From Octopus bimaculoides (Eukaryota): DNA of 42,964 nt. The position numbers were made by a program, and so were the translations under genes. The stretch is taken from contig NC_068993.1 of NCBI RefSeq assembly GCF_001194135.2, positions 20,215,206-20,258,169 on the forward strand. The letters run 5' to 3'. The notes beneath the pieces were generated by a model. That model did no database searches. It had not been told where the DNA came from and saw only the letters and a program-made list of their open reading frames with translations. This document shows, one piece after another, positions 1 through 11,360 of the stretch (position 1 is its first letter; the number at the start of each line of letters is the position of its first letter).

Positions 1-125
1 TAGAGACCGATAGAATAAGTACTAGGCTTCTAAAGAATAAGTCCCGGAGTCGATTTGCTCGACTAAAGGCGGTGCTCCAGCATGGCCACAGTCAAAAGAC
101 TGAAACAAGTAAAAGAATAAAAGAA
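1..125 (+). mobile_element. 3' end of SINE family B (octopus OR-like tRNA-SINE), cut by the window edge
   Basis: GAGACCGATAGAATAAGTACTAGGCTT...GTCGATTTGCTCGACTAAAGGCGGTGCTCCAGCATGGCCACAGTCAAAAGACTGAAACAAGTAAAAGA is near-identical to the 3' end of the copy at 5155-5271. Confidence 0.85.
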
Positions 126-547
126 TATATATATACATACATACACACACACATATATATATATACACACATATATATAAACATATAATGTACATATATA
201 TATATGTATATATATACGTGTGTGTGTGTGTGTATTCTAATCAGATATATATATATGTATGTGTGTGCGAGTGCGTGTATATATATGTGTGTGTATTATA
301 ATCAAGGATATATATATATATATATATANNNNNNNNNNGAAAGAACAGGAGTGTATGGCTGCTGCTGCTGCCACTTGGCAACAGTGGACGAGGGGGTAAA
401 GAAAGTGATGAGGTGACTTTAGTATTAGACAGGAGTTAGGAAATGGGGGTGAGTGATCGCAATAGTCGCCCCAGTCGAAATATTATCTAACAACAGACAT
501 AAAGACTGCTTATGTCCCACATATATAACCTACCTACTGTACATACA

Positions 548-610
548 CAAGCCAACGAGGGATCCTCTGTGTTTTCACTCGGTCTGCTAGAAGCAGCAGC
601 CAAATTACTA
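548..610 (+). repeat. Fragment of old dispersed repeat family E (5' part)
   Basis: AAGCCAACGAGGGATCCTCTGTG...CTGCTAGAAGCAGCAGCCAAA matches the motif at 20835-20910, 29930-29990 and 32835-32895, and its reverse complement at 8900-8970, 18810-18890 and 33575-33645. Confidence 0.6.
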
Positions 611-669
611 TAACCCCAAAGCGTATCACCATACTGTCTTAAGTATATAAAAAAAAAAAGATAGATAAT

Positions 670-766
670 CGTCGTGTGTGGATTTGGTAGACGGAAACTG
701 AAAGAATTCTGTTATGTGTGTGTCTGTGTCTTTCTGTCTGTCCCGCCCCACCACCGTTCGAAACCA

Positions 767-827
<61 letters not shown>

Positions 828-1053
828 CATATATGTATGTATGTATATGTTTGTGTGTCTGTGTTTGTCCCCCCAACATCGCTTGACAACCGATGCTGAT
901 GTGTTTACATCCCCGTAATCTAGCGGTTCGGCAAAAGAGCCTGATAGAATAAGTACCAGGCTTAAGAAATAAGTCCTGGGGTCGGTTCGTTCGACCAAAG
1001 ATTCAAGGTGATGTCCCAGCATGGCCGCAGTCTAATGACTGAAACCAGTAAAG
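670..1053 (+). mobile_element. 5'-truncated SINE family B with internal (TA)n/(TG)n microsatellite
   Basis: GGATTTGGTAGACGGAAACTGAAAGAA, then a (TA)n array, then TTTGTCCCCCCAACATCGCTTGACAACCGATGCTG...CCAGCATGGCCGCAGTCTAATGACTGAAAC; colinear with 4588-5271. Confidence 0.85.
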
Positions 1054-1507
1054 GATTTTAAAAAATTAATAATAATAAAAATAAAACTAAGAAATGACAC
1101 ACTGGGAAATGTAGATCTAAATACGAATGGTTTCCATTAGTTTTATGCCATTGGGACAGTTGAATGGTTTTTCCAATACTCCCCCTCCGCTACCATCCCT
1201 CCGTCTAGGGCTCCCGGAGTCCCGATGGCTTCCGTATAGAATTAAATTGTGATGTAACTGCCATTCGAGTGTTTCACTGGGCTTAGCAACCGTGATAGTG
1301 TCTATTTCCGCTCGAGGATAATGATGTCATTCGTTGATTCTGAAGTGGATCACACGCTTTTGAGCAGGTTTTGTTATAAGCTTGCTTCCCTAACATTTGA
1401 TCTTCGGTTCAATCCCACTGCGCGGTACCCAGAGCAAGTGCCTTTTTCTATAGCCCGAGGAAGACCAAAGCCTTGTAAGTGAATTTTGTAGACAGAAACT
1501 GGAAGGC

Positions 1508-1734
1508 GGCGGCGAGCTGGCAGAAACGTTAGCACACCGGGTGAAATGCCTAGTGGTATTTCGTCTGTCGTTACGTTCTGAGTTCAAATTCCGCCGAGGT
1601 CGACTTTGCCTTTCATCCTTTCGGGGTCGATTAAATAAGTACCAGTTACGCACTGGGGTCGATATAATCGACTTAATCCGTATGTCTGTCCTTGTTTGTC
1701 CCCTCTATTTTTGGCACCTTGTGGGCAATAAATA
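1508..1734 (+). mobile_element. SINE family A, young subfamily A1 (octopus OK-like tRNA-SINE)
   Basis: GGCGGCGAGCTGGCAGAAACGTTAGC head, Pol III B-box-like GAGTTCAAATTCC, core CTTTCATCCTTTCGGGGTCGAT, tail CCTTGTGGGCAATAAA; TSD AGAAACTGGAAG (1494-1505) / AGAAACTGAAAG (1735-1746). Confidence 0.9.
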
Positions 1735-1774
1735 AGAAACTGAAAGCTCGTCGTGTGAGTGTGTGTGTGTATAC

Positions 1775-2088
1775 TGGCACTCCGTTGGTTACGACAAGGG
1801 TTCCAGTTGATCCGATCAACGATATAGCCTGCTCGTGAAATTAACGTGTAAATGGCTGAGCATACCACATACACGTGTACACTTAACGTTAGTCCCCAGG
1901 AAGAGTCAGCGTGACTCAGAATGTAACAAGACCGGACCTTTGACATACAAATACTAGTCATTGTTCTCATCTGAATGGACTGGAGCAAATGAAGTATCTT
2001 GCTCAAAGAGACAACTCGACGCCGGGTATCGAACCTAGAACCTAACGATCGTGAGCTACGCACCCTAACCATTTGGCCACACGCCTTC
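1775..2088 (-). mobile_element. SINE family C (tRNA-derived, minus strand)
   Basis: Reverse complement begins GAAGGCGTGTGGCCAAATGGTTAGGGTGCG...GGTTCGATACCCGG (A and B boxes), followed by TCTTTGAGCAAGATACTT; the 3' tail matches 12485-12530. Confidence 0.8.
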
Positions 2089-2329
2089 TATTTATGTGTG
2101 TATGTGTATTTATGTATGTGTGTGTATTTGTGTTTGTACCACCATCGCTTAACAACCGGTGTGGGTTTGTTTACGTTCCCGTAAGCTAGCCTCGGGAAGG
2201 GGCCAGTTTGGTCGTCGACCCAAAGATGATGGGCAGGCAGTACTTGATTAGAAGGTTGTCAGTAGCATGTTTCCATCAAACTGTGAGAGGACTGGTCCTG
2301 ATCTACCGCCAATGTAATCTTACATAGCA

Positions 2330-2575
2330 CTAAAATAGCGGTATGGTCACGATTGGAATGTCTTCTAATGTAAATATCAGATTGATCAACGCTGATCTGG
2401 GAATAAAAGGAAACAAACAAACAAAAATAAAACAGCATCAACGGCAACGAAAACAACAGCCCTGCACACACTCATCCACTCAGATTATCTCCAAGAAGAA
2501 GCCTATATGTGGTTGTTCAGTATGCCTGAAATAACAGCCAAATATCCCCAAAATCGCATCATACATCTTAAAAAT
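2330..2575 (+). repeat. Two fragments of old repeat family E
   Basis: GGTATGGTCACGATTGGAATG...GATCAACGCTGATCTGGG (tail) and TGTGGTTGTTCAG...AACAGCCAAATATCCCC (5' part). Confidence 0.5.
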
Positions 2576-3600
2576 ATTAGATAATCTAATCTACGGTTCC
2601 CAATACACAAAAAGCTGTTCGCCACTACTAGAATTCCTTTATCGTTCCTATTTGGGAACTGATTATAGATACTGTTATTCTAAAGTTTCGACGCTCTGGA
2701 TTTATTAAGTGGTGTAAATCGGACTATTTATATGTATATGGTGAAACTGTACAGTAATGGACGAATTACGAACTACTATTTATACTGTGTGATACACATA
2801 TTCATTCTTCAATTGTATTGACTCTTCTCTTTTTTGTTTTTCCATGTTATCACACGCTGAAAATCATTACTGATATACATACATAAACACACACACACAC
2901 AGATACTTATACACACACACACACATTCACATAAATACACATACTATATACACAGGTGTTAGTGTAAATGAAGACCACTTCTGCCTAACATGTCGTGTTG
3001 ATAGCATGTCTTTTAACAAATTCTTTAAAAATTTCTCTTATAAGTCTTTTAAGTATACAGATGTTATGTTTTTGTTGTACCACTGACAATGTACACTAAA
3101 TCTCTCTCTGTGTCTTTTGTTTGTCTCTCTTCCCCCCTCTCTCTCCCTCTCTCTTCTCTTTTCTGTCTCTGTCTATCAGTTTGTCTGTCTTAGTCTCTTT
3201 CTATTTCTACCTCCGTCTTTGTTTCACTATTTATCAACAGAACCAGTTGTCGTCGTATGAAAACAGCTACAGATATTTAGACGCTGCTTGAGATTTATAA
3301 GGCAAATAATCTTATAAATCCACGGCGCATATTTCACATACAAACACAAACATACACACACGCGCACGCACGCAGCACACACATGCGCTTGAACCACATA
3401 ACCGCGCTAACACACACATACACACACACACACACACACGAGAACACATACGTACATATATAACACTCATATTTTTATAATCTGTTGATCATCATTTGGC
3501 AAGTAGATAAAGAACTAATTAGCGAAAAACTGTGTTATCAAAACAACTCGCATTTCAACCAAACTTTTATCAGTAATCCTACCCCGATCGACTCCGCTTT

Positions 3601-3603
<3 letters not shown>

Positions 3604-3660
<57 letters not shown>

Positions 3661-4030
3661 CACACGCGACACATCCATCCTGGTGAAAATGTAGGCACTT
3701 CCATGTATTCACTGTAGTGAATTTATATATATATATACAAACACACACTAACACATATATATACAAACACACACATACATATATATATATATATACACAT
3801 ACACACATATATACTCGCACATATATATATATATATACATACATACATACATACATAGATATATATATATACATATATACACACATACATACACAGATAT
3901 ATATATACATATATACACACATACATACACAGATATATATACACACACACATACACAGATATATATACACACACACATATATATACATATATATATATAC
4001 GCATCACACACATAAATGCATGTATATATA
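3604..4030. repeat. Compound (CA)n and (TA/CA)n microsatellite field
   Basis: Pure (AC)n at about 3604-3657 followed by degenerate ATATATACACACATACATACACAGAT-type repeats. Confidence 0.95.
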
Positions 4031-4587
4031 GCAAAGTAAATACTAAAACAAAAATAAACAAAAGTCCAAGGGATGCTCACAGTAAGACATTATTAGGTTG
4101 ACTCACAAAGAAGGAAAAATAGTTATAGAATAAAGTTCTTAGAGTAAAAGTATAACGTTTCGCACATATTCCCTTCATCAAGTGTTAAAGTGAAGTACAG
4201 GGAGACTGGGAAGAGAAGGAAGAGAGACAAGAGTCAAGAAAAAAATAGCACTTGGGTTAGCTTTACATGCTTCTACACAAATGTAATATCATTGGGTGTG
4301 GCTCTGCTTTAAACAGCAATAAAATTTCCCCTCAAATTACACACTACATTGAATATGGAAGTCCTGGAAAGTGACAGGAACATTTTTAATCATAGATCAT
4401 TGGTCTGTTCGGCCAGGGATGGTCTGAGGTTAAAAAAAAGTACAAACCTATGTTCAGTCTAATATTTCTAGTACTGAATTATTTACCTTCCGCCTGTTTA
4501 TGCAGAACGGTTTTGGTGGGACTACAAAGGTCTTAGAATGATTACAAGAACATTTCACTGATTAGAAAATTAGACAAAAAAAAAAAA

Positions 4588-5015
4588 AGGCTGTGTGGTA
4601 AGTAGCTTTCTTACCAACCACATGGTTCCGGGTTCATTCCCACTGCGTGGCACGTTGGGCAAGTGTCTTCTACTATAGCCTCGGGCCGACCAAAGCCTTG
4701 TGAGTGAATATGGTAGACGGAAACTGAAAGAAGCTCGTCGTATATATNNNNNNNNNNNNNNNNNNNNNNNNNNNNNNNNNNNNNNNNNNNNNNNNNNNNN
4801 NNNNNNNNNNNNNNNNNNNNNNNNNNNNNNNNNNNNNNNNNNNNNNNNNNNNNNNNNNNNNNNNNNNNNNNNNNNNNNNNNNNNNNNNNNNNNNNNNNNN
4901 NNNNNNNNNNNNNNNNNNNNNNNNNNNNNNNNNNNNNNNNNNNNNNNNNNNNNNNNNNNNNNNNNNNNNNNNNNNNNNNNNNNNNNNNNNNNNNNNNNNN
5001 NNNNNNNNNNNNNNN

Positions 5016-5058
<43 letters not shown>

Positions 5059-5271
5059 GTGTGTATATGTTTGTGTGTCTGTGTTTGTCCCCCGAGCATC
5101 GCTTGACAACCGATGGTGGTGTGTTTATGTCCCCGTAACTTAGCGGTTCGGCAAAACAGACCAATAGAATAAATACTAGGCTTCCAAAAAATAAGTCCTG
5201 GGGTCGATTTGCTCGACTAAAGGCGGTGCTCCAGCATGGCCACAGTCAAATGACTGAAACAAGTAAAAGAG
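4588..5271 (+). mobile_element. Near full-length SINE family B with an assembly gap inside its internal (TA)n
   Basis: GGCTGTGTGGTAAG (A box)...CCGGGTTCATTCCCACTGCGTGGCACGTTGGGCAAGTGTCTTCTACTATAGCCTCGGGCCGACC (B box plus CORE-like segment), (TA)n, N gap 4748-5015, standard 3' tail ending GACTGAAACAAGTAAAAGA. Confidence 0.9.
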
Positions 5272-6184
5272 AGACATAACGACTTGGTAAACCTCACTAA
5301 TAGCATTCTGCTAGAAAACTGTATAGCGAATCGGAGCCTTACACTAAGGCTTTACATACGTAACTCAGTGAGTTGAAAATCTTCGATTAAGTGCCATTAC
5401 TTGAGTCATCTGTGGGCAAAGTCTTCCCCGGGAGACGTTTAGAAAGGAAAAGTAACAAAGAAGGGAGATAAGTCAAATCAGATTGATTGACTACAATTTT
5501 TGGACAAGTCTCCCACTCCCTTCCAAATATATAGCATTCTGCGTCCACATTAGAGATCATTATTTTTATAATTACTAGTGCTACTGCTGCTCTTGTTGTT
5601 GTTATTAATGATGATGGTGATGATACTGCTGTTGCTGCTGTGACGCCTCTAGATTACAAGAGATAAAAAAAAATGCGAGCAAATTAATTATGAGACTATG
5701 CGCGTATATCCATAATTATAATTATATCTATGGTTGTCTGCGTCTTTCATAACTGAACTGTGAAGATATTCAGAGTTTGATAGTACGCTTACAAGTGTAT
5801 GTTGATATATATATACATATATATATATACTCATATACATTTGCACGTATATGTGTGTATCATGTACGCGAGTCTGTCCATACATTTATATATACAAGCA
5901 TACAAAACAGGATCTGAAGTAAGAATCATTTTTATAAATACAGGATGCTATTTACACAGCTGAAGCATCACATGGTAAAAGCAGCAAACGATGGACAATT
6001 GAGGATCCTCTAGAGATTTCTTCTTCATATTATGTGATTGTGTAGGTCAAGTAAGATTATCATTGCAGTAAAGAGGAATTCAGTACTACAAGCTAGTAAC
6101 TAGCAAATATCTTGTCAATTTTATAGTGTTTTAATATCATAATTATATATACATATAAACTATAATAATAATGGTTTCCTATTT

Positions 6185-7010
6185 TGGTTCAAGGCCAGCA
6201 GTTTTGTGGGAGGAGGTTAAGTCAATCGACCCGGAAGAAGACGAAAGGCAAAGTCGACCTCAGGACATAAAGGAAGACGAAAGTGTTGCTATGCACTTTT
6301 TACCCGCCGTGCTAAAGATTTTGTCAGCTTTCCGCCTTTTAAACTATAGTCATAACTTTTTACATGGGCTTATGGCTGCAGATTTTGTGAGCATGAATTA
6401 GTCAGCTAAATGGACTCTTAGTATTTGGCTAGTGTTTTACTTTAACGACTACAGTGACATGAAACGCAAAAATTGACTTCGGCAAGATCTGAACTCAGAT
6501 CGTAAAGAGCCATAACAAAATATCGGCTCCATTACGATTCTGCCAATATACTATCCTCAAACACCATAATAATAACGTTTTCAAGTTTTGGCACAAAACC
6601 AACGATTGTGTGACGAGGGTTTAGTCGATACCATCAATCCCTGTACTTGACTGATACTTTACTTTAGCGAACCTGAAAGAATGAAAAGCAAAGTTGATCA
6701 TTGCAGGATTTGAACTCAGAACGTAAAGAGCATCTTACCCAAAGCTCTAACGATTCTGCCAGCTTGTTGCTTTAATCGTCATAATAATAATCTTTATTGT
6801 TATAGGCGCAAGGCCTAACACTTTGCGAGAGGGGGCTAATCGATTTCATCGACCCCAGTTCTTGACTGGTTCTTATTTTATTGACCCCAAAAGAATGAAA
6901 GATTAAGTCATTCTCAGCAGCATTTGAACTTAGAACGTAAAGACGGACGAAATACCGCTAAGGATTTCGTGTGGCGTGCTAACGACTCTGCCAGCTCACT
7001 GCCTTAATCG
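6185..7010 (-). mobile_element. Cluster of about 4 degenerate SINE A2 copies, all minus strand, head-to-tail
   Basis: Repeated reverse-complement module GGCACAAGGCC...ATCGACCCC...GAAAG...TTTGAACTCAGAACGTAAAGA...AACGATTCTGCCAGCT at about 6185-6345, 6415-6560, 6585-6775 and 6790-7010, with ATAATAATAAT spacers. Confidence 0.8.
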
Positions 7011-7659
7011 CCATGACAATTATGGTTTCTAAACATTGACACAAGCCCAGTATACATTCGTTCCTATGTCTGTACCAGTGTGATTAGATGTGGATGCACA
7101 TCTATGTATGTGTGTGCTTTGTACGTGTAACTTAGTTAATATTTATAAGTACCAACATCGCTATGATTTGTGTAAATATGAATGATAATATTTGTTTGAA
7201 TAATGAAATTAATTACAGCATTAATGGATTTGTGAGTGGGGAAATAATATCTGTTCTGCCGAAAGAAATTATCCAGCGTGGTAATTTTCTTTCAGCGCAA
7301 CAAATAAGCATGACATATCAACACAAACAAACTCACACACACATTAGACGATTATAAAATTAAATGTTAAATGCCAACTATTGGAGGATATATTTCCTGC
7401 CAGATACGGGCTTAATTCATGCATATTATTCTTTTACTTTCTCACTCTATAGTTTGACAAGAATGTGGATGAAATAAATCTTAGACCAACAGCGAAAGCA
7501 AAACTTTGTAATTTCGATAAAATATGAATGCAAGAACTGTAACACAAAAAGAAAAACAGAGGGAGAGGGAGAGGGAGAGAGAGAGAGAGAGAGAGACATG
7601 TGCATGACATGTCGATTTTTTTGCTTCAATTCTTTGAACAGCTGTTGATAGACTCTTTC

Positions 7660-8295
7660 AAAAGAGGTCGGCTTTTTCTTTCATCCTTTTGGGGTCGATA
7701 AATTAAGTACCAGTGAAACACTGGGGTCGATGTAATCGCCTGTTCCCTTCCCCAAAAATTCTAGGTCTTGTGTCTTTAGTGGAAAGGATTATTATTATTA
7801 TTAAGGCGGCGAGCTGGCAGAAACGTTAGCACGCCGGGCGAAATGCTTAGCGGTATTTCGTCTGCCGTTACGTTCTGAGTTCAAATTCCGCCGAGGTCGG
7901 CTTTGCCTTTCATCCTTTTGGGGTCGANNNNNNNNNNNNNNNNNNNNNNNNNNNNNNNNNNNNNNNNNNNNNNNNNNNNNNNNNNNNNNNNNNNNNNNNN
8001 NNNNNNNNNNNNNNNAATCGACTTAATCGCTTTGTCTGTCCTTGTTTGTCTCCTCTATGTTTAGCCCCTTGTGGGCAATAAAGAAATGAGAATCGTTAAC
8101 ACGCCGTGCTAGTTGCTCAGCGTCATTTCTTCCTGCTTTTTACGTTGAATTCAAATCCACCGAGGTCAGCTTTGCTCTTCATTCGTTTCGGGGTTGATTA
8201 AATAACAACCAGTTGAGCCCTAGGATCAGTACAATCGACTAGCACTGTCTCTGCATATGTCAGGCCTTGTGCTTGTAATTGAAAGAATTATCATT
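7660..8295 (+). mobile_element. Plus-strand SINE A cluster: A2 (7660-7800), A1 (7804-8067, gap inside), A2 (8068-8295)
   Basis: A2 tail GGTCTTGTGTCTTTAGTGGAAAGG(ATT)n runs directly into AAGGCGGCGAGCTGGCAG; A1 tail TAGCCCCTTGTGGGCAATAAAGAAAT runs into an older A head remnant GAATCGTTAACACGCCG. Confidence 0.85.
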
Positions 8296-8844
8296 GTTGT
8301 TGTTGGTTCTGCTATTTTTGTTGTTCTAGGTTTAGTTGTAAGAAAGACACACTCTTTATCTGCTTTCCAAATATCTATTGCTGGTGAGGAGTTGGTGTCA
8401 GTTTTTGTTAGTTTCCTACTTTATTGACGTCTAGTTCAAATTTCACCAACATTGCATGTCGTAGTCCGTAATGCATCAGTGATTAGCACAAAAAAAAACA
8501 AGATTAAAATGAATGTTTGTGTAATATCTATATATATAATCGTAAGCAGCTATGGTATTTATTTTTTTAAAAATACTCATAAACAATACATGAGTGGCAA
8601 GTAAATTTGGGATTGAAAAGTATACCCATTGATGAAGGTCGAACCCTATAGCTGTTGTTATTTCTTTTAAACACGATACAGATGTTTAGCTTATTAACTA
8701 CGGCAGACACGTCAACATGCTTCCCAAATGTTTTATAACGAACAACAATTCACTCTCTGAAAGCTAGGGAACACGGGTTATATAAGCTGGTCCTTCCCAA
8801 ATATCCCACCCACAAGTATGCTGATTTGTTGACGTTTCTGTTGT

Positions 8845-8970
8845 TCTTGTTTAGGATCAGGTCAACCCCCATCGAACTCCCTCGCTTTCTTGAGGCACAT
8901 GGGGTGTGGTTTGAGTAAGATTCTGTTGCTATTTCTAGCTAGTTGAGCGACGACTACGTAGAGGCTCGAT
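8845..8970 (-). repeat. Family E fragment
   Basis: TTGTTGTTCTTGTTTAGGATCAGGTCAAC...GTTGCTATTTCTAGCTAGTTGAGCGACGACTACGTAGAGGCTC is the reverse complement of the family E motif. Confidence 0.55.
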
Positions 8971-9561
8971 GAATTAGACTGGTTGTTTGCTTTTATTTAA
9001 GGCGGGAAGAGATGCATAAAGAAGAAATAGCCTTCTTCTGAAACACTTTAATTGAAATCTGTCTGCCTACAAACAGTTCTTTGTTTACTTACACTGGCGT
9101 ATCCTCACAGACGGTCACAAAGCCATGATGTGGTAGCAGCGGTAGAACAACGTATCAGATATCATTTAGACTGCTATCAGATTTCGTCTGTCTCTCGTTT
9201 GAGCTCAAAATCTGCTGAGGTTGACTAGGTCTTTCACCCCAATAGGGTAGTTAAAACAAGTACTTATAAATCAATTCAGACAATTGTACTCCACAGTCTA
9301 ATAAATCAATTTAACTGTACTCTATAGTCAAGTAAAAAGAAATCGATATTCAATATAACAACGACCAGCTGTTTTTGGTAAAGCTGATAAGAATGAGCAA
9401 TTACAGCGAAGAAGATACACTTTAGTCATTCAAAAATGCACTTAATCATATATTACTTAAATGATTTTTATCAGTTTCTGTGCGCAACTGAATGACTAAT
9501 ATGAGTTCCATTATGTAATTACTTTAGCTACAAAGTAAGGCCTCAGATAAAATCATGTGCC

Positions 9562-9834
9562 AGCTGCGCTGGCGCTAGGAAGTGCGGGGCCGAATTAGAG
9601 AATTGTTAGTGGAGTCTTCTCCTCTACAAAGGCTAAAAAATTGATGTTTTATTCTTCGTGTAGTACGTCAGTACCAGTCAAAAAGCGTTAAGGGCTTGAG
9701 GCTTCACCATTAACCACAATGATGTATGTAAAATTCATCATAGCGACCTCCGGTCGAGCCTGTGTACGGGGCCCTCACTTGGTGCAGAGCCCAGTTTGAA
9801 CAATTCTGTTTGAACTGACTTAAAACCGACCCTA
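9562..9834. mobile_element. Possible degenerate non-autonomous DNA transposon (MITE-like)
   Basis: GC-rich ends GCTGGCGCTAGGAAGTGCGGGGCC and GGGGCCCTCAC...TTAAAACCGACCCT around an AT-rich centre resemble CAGGGCCGG-type MITE ends; no clean TIR or TSD seen. Confidence 0.25.
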
Positions 9835-10177
9835 CTTGCCAAGTAAGTACAAGTCTGAGACGAGAAGAATTAAACGAATCCAAAGTCTTCTGATTGATAG
9901 GTTTTAGACAAATATTTTTTTTAATTTCTAAAAACGACTTAGGCCCAGAAGGAAAGGCAATGCCTTTAGCAAGCTTCCCTGGCCTGTTCTTAATATAGAT
10001 ATATCGGTGGTTCTGTGAAGTTAATATAATTAATATTGAATGTTTTTGTTTTTGTTTTTTCTTTTAATAGTTTGAGTAGAAAGGATAACTTTCAAACTTC
10101 TATGGTCCTTTTTTAGGGTCACTGTGATTAGTGAGTCGGTGAATGGTTGGTTGGTTGGTTGGTTGGTTGGGAGTTAC

Positions 10178-10310
10178 CTTCAAGTCGGAAACCTGATCTA
10201 AATGCTGGTAACAGAGTGAACTCAGCAAAAATTACCCAGGTACATGGTGGTGGTGGTGGTGGTGGTGGTGGTGAACCGGACGACGGATTAAGTCTACCAC
10301 CCAAATGATA
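10178..10310 (+). repeat. Dispersed repeat family F (probable LINE 3'-end remnant)
   Basis: CTTCAAGTCGGAAACCTGATCTAAATGCTGGTAACAGAGTG...GACGACGGATTAAGTCTACCACCCAA aligns with the reverse complement of 26140-26275 and with 21630-21735. Confidence 0.5.
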
Positions 10311-11184
10311 TTACAAGGTTGATCAGTACAATTTGTTTATTGCAGAGGTCTCGAGGAATGATGGAGTAGAGGATTATAGGACAAGTCGGGAAATACGTGA
10401 TCTTGTTGTTGCAAGGCTTACATCATCAAAGCTAATCAAGGCGGCCTATGATTAAAAATCGTTTTTTATGTGACTATTCCGCTTTCTTGTTTTGTTAGTT
10501 TCCTCCTTTAGATACAATTAGTGGGGTTGCTACTTCAGAAAAGTTTTAGCCGTTGTTTTAATAATGTGTAAAAGGAAACAAACGTATAAAAAGAATATTT
10601 ATACATAAACTTGATCGGTTCATGTTTTAGTCACTGCCAGATAGTATGTTTAATTTGTTCACTGAACTCACCGCGAATTCCCCCTTGTTTTTCAAAAATC
10701 CTCCCTAAATCACAAAATAAGGGGGGAAAATCTGCCCTATTTTTTTAAATCCTGGCAGCAACATGGTAGCTGGAAGCAGGATAATAATCTAATTCTACAC
10801 TTTATCACATTCAAGAATATAAACACGTTTTTAAGCACAACACACGCAGAGTGAAAAAGATACACTACCTTTCACCAGCACTGCGCGAACCACAGTGCTC
10901 TCCTCCTTAGCGTGAAGCTTCCTATCTCGGACATGTGAGCATGCGCACAACAGCCAAACACCGAGTCGCTGGGACTGTGAAGTGCAAGGATTTCTGTATT
11001 TTTTTTCATAAACTAGGAGATGGCTACTGACATTATAAAGAAAGAATTAAAAGAGAAAAGGACTCATTATATTGAATGTTATCGATAATATCGAGTGGAA
11101 ATAGGGGGGGGGCTGCAGTTCCGCAGTGCCTATACACGTGATCTTCATTTTATTGAAGTCGATAGGATGTAATTTGTTAAAAGC

Positions 11185-11360
11185 TTTAGCTGCTATTTCT
11201 GGTATATAGTCTCTAGTTAGCTCGAGTAATGAATTTCTTTTTACTGTTGTTGCTTAACCCCAGGTCAACCTTGATCGAGCATACCTATGCCCCCAAAGTA
11301 TTCCAGCCATGATCATCTCGCCTCTTTTCACACGTAGTTTATCTACCGCTACATTATCCA
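11185..11360 (-). repeat. Family E fragment
   Basis: TTAGCTGCTATTTCT and GTTGTTGCTTAACCCCAGGTCAACCTTGATCGAGCATACCTATG...ATTCCAGCCATGATCATCTCG match family E in reverse orientation. Confidence 0.55.

Larger units (their letters stand above)
1365..2186 (+). mobile_element. SINE family B host copy interrupted by two younger SINE insertions
   Basis: Head and CORE-like part 1378-1505 (CTTCGGTTCAATCCCACTGCG...GCAAGTGCCTTTTTCTATAGCC); resumes at 1735-1774 and at 2089-2186 (TTTGTACCACCATCGCTTAACAACCGG). Confidence 0.75.

Noticed and set aside
1508-1600. tRNA-like A/B boxes in SINE heads as tRNA genes
   Set aside because: No complete cloverleaf; the heads run into SINE bodies and are bounded by TSDs
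4395-4430. Apparent 33-nt exon IIGLFGQGWSE (AG...GT bounded)
   Set aside because: The sequence is the tail of repeat family E (GATCAT.GGTCTG.TCG..CAGGG...CTGAGGTTAAA)
204-5164. ORFs rich in YI/CV/HT dipeptides (e.g. 204-416, 626-1022, 3515-4080, 4570-5164)
   Set aside because: Translations of (TA)n/(TG)n/(CA)n microsatellites, SINE B bodies and N gaps, not genes
10345-10455. Possible terminal exon EVSRNDGVEDYRTSREIRDLVVARLTSSKLIKAAYD*
   Set aside because: Short, unrecognised and directly downstream of a family F repeat; expected by chance without further support
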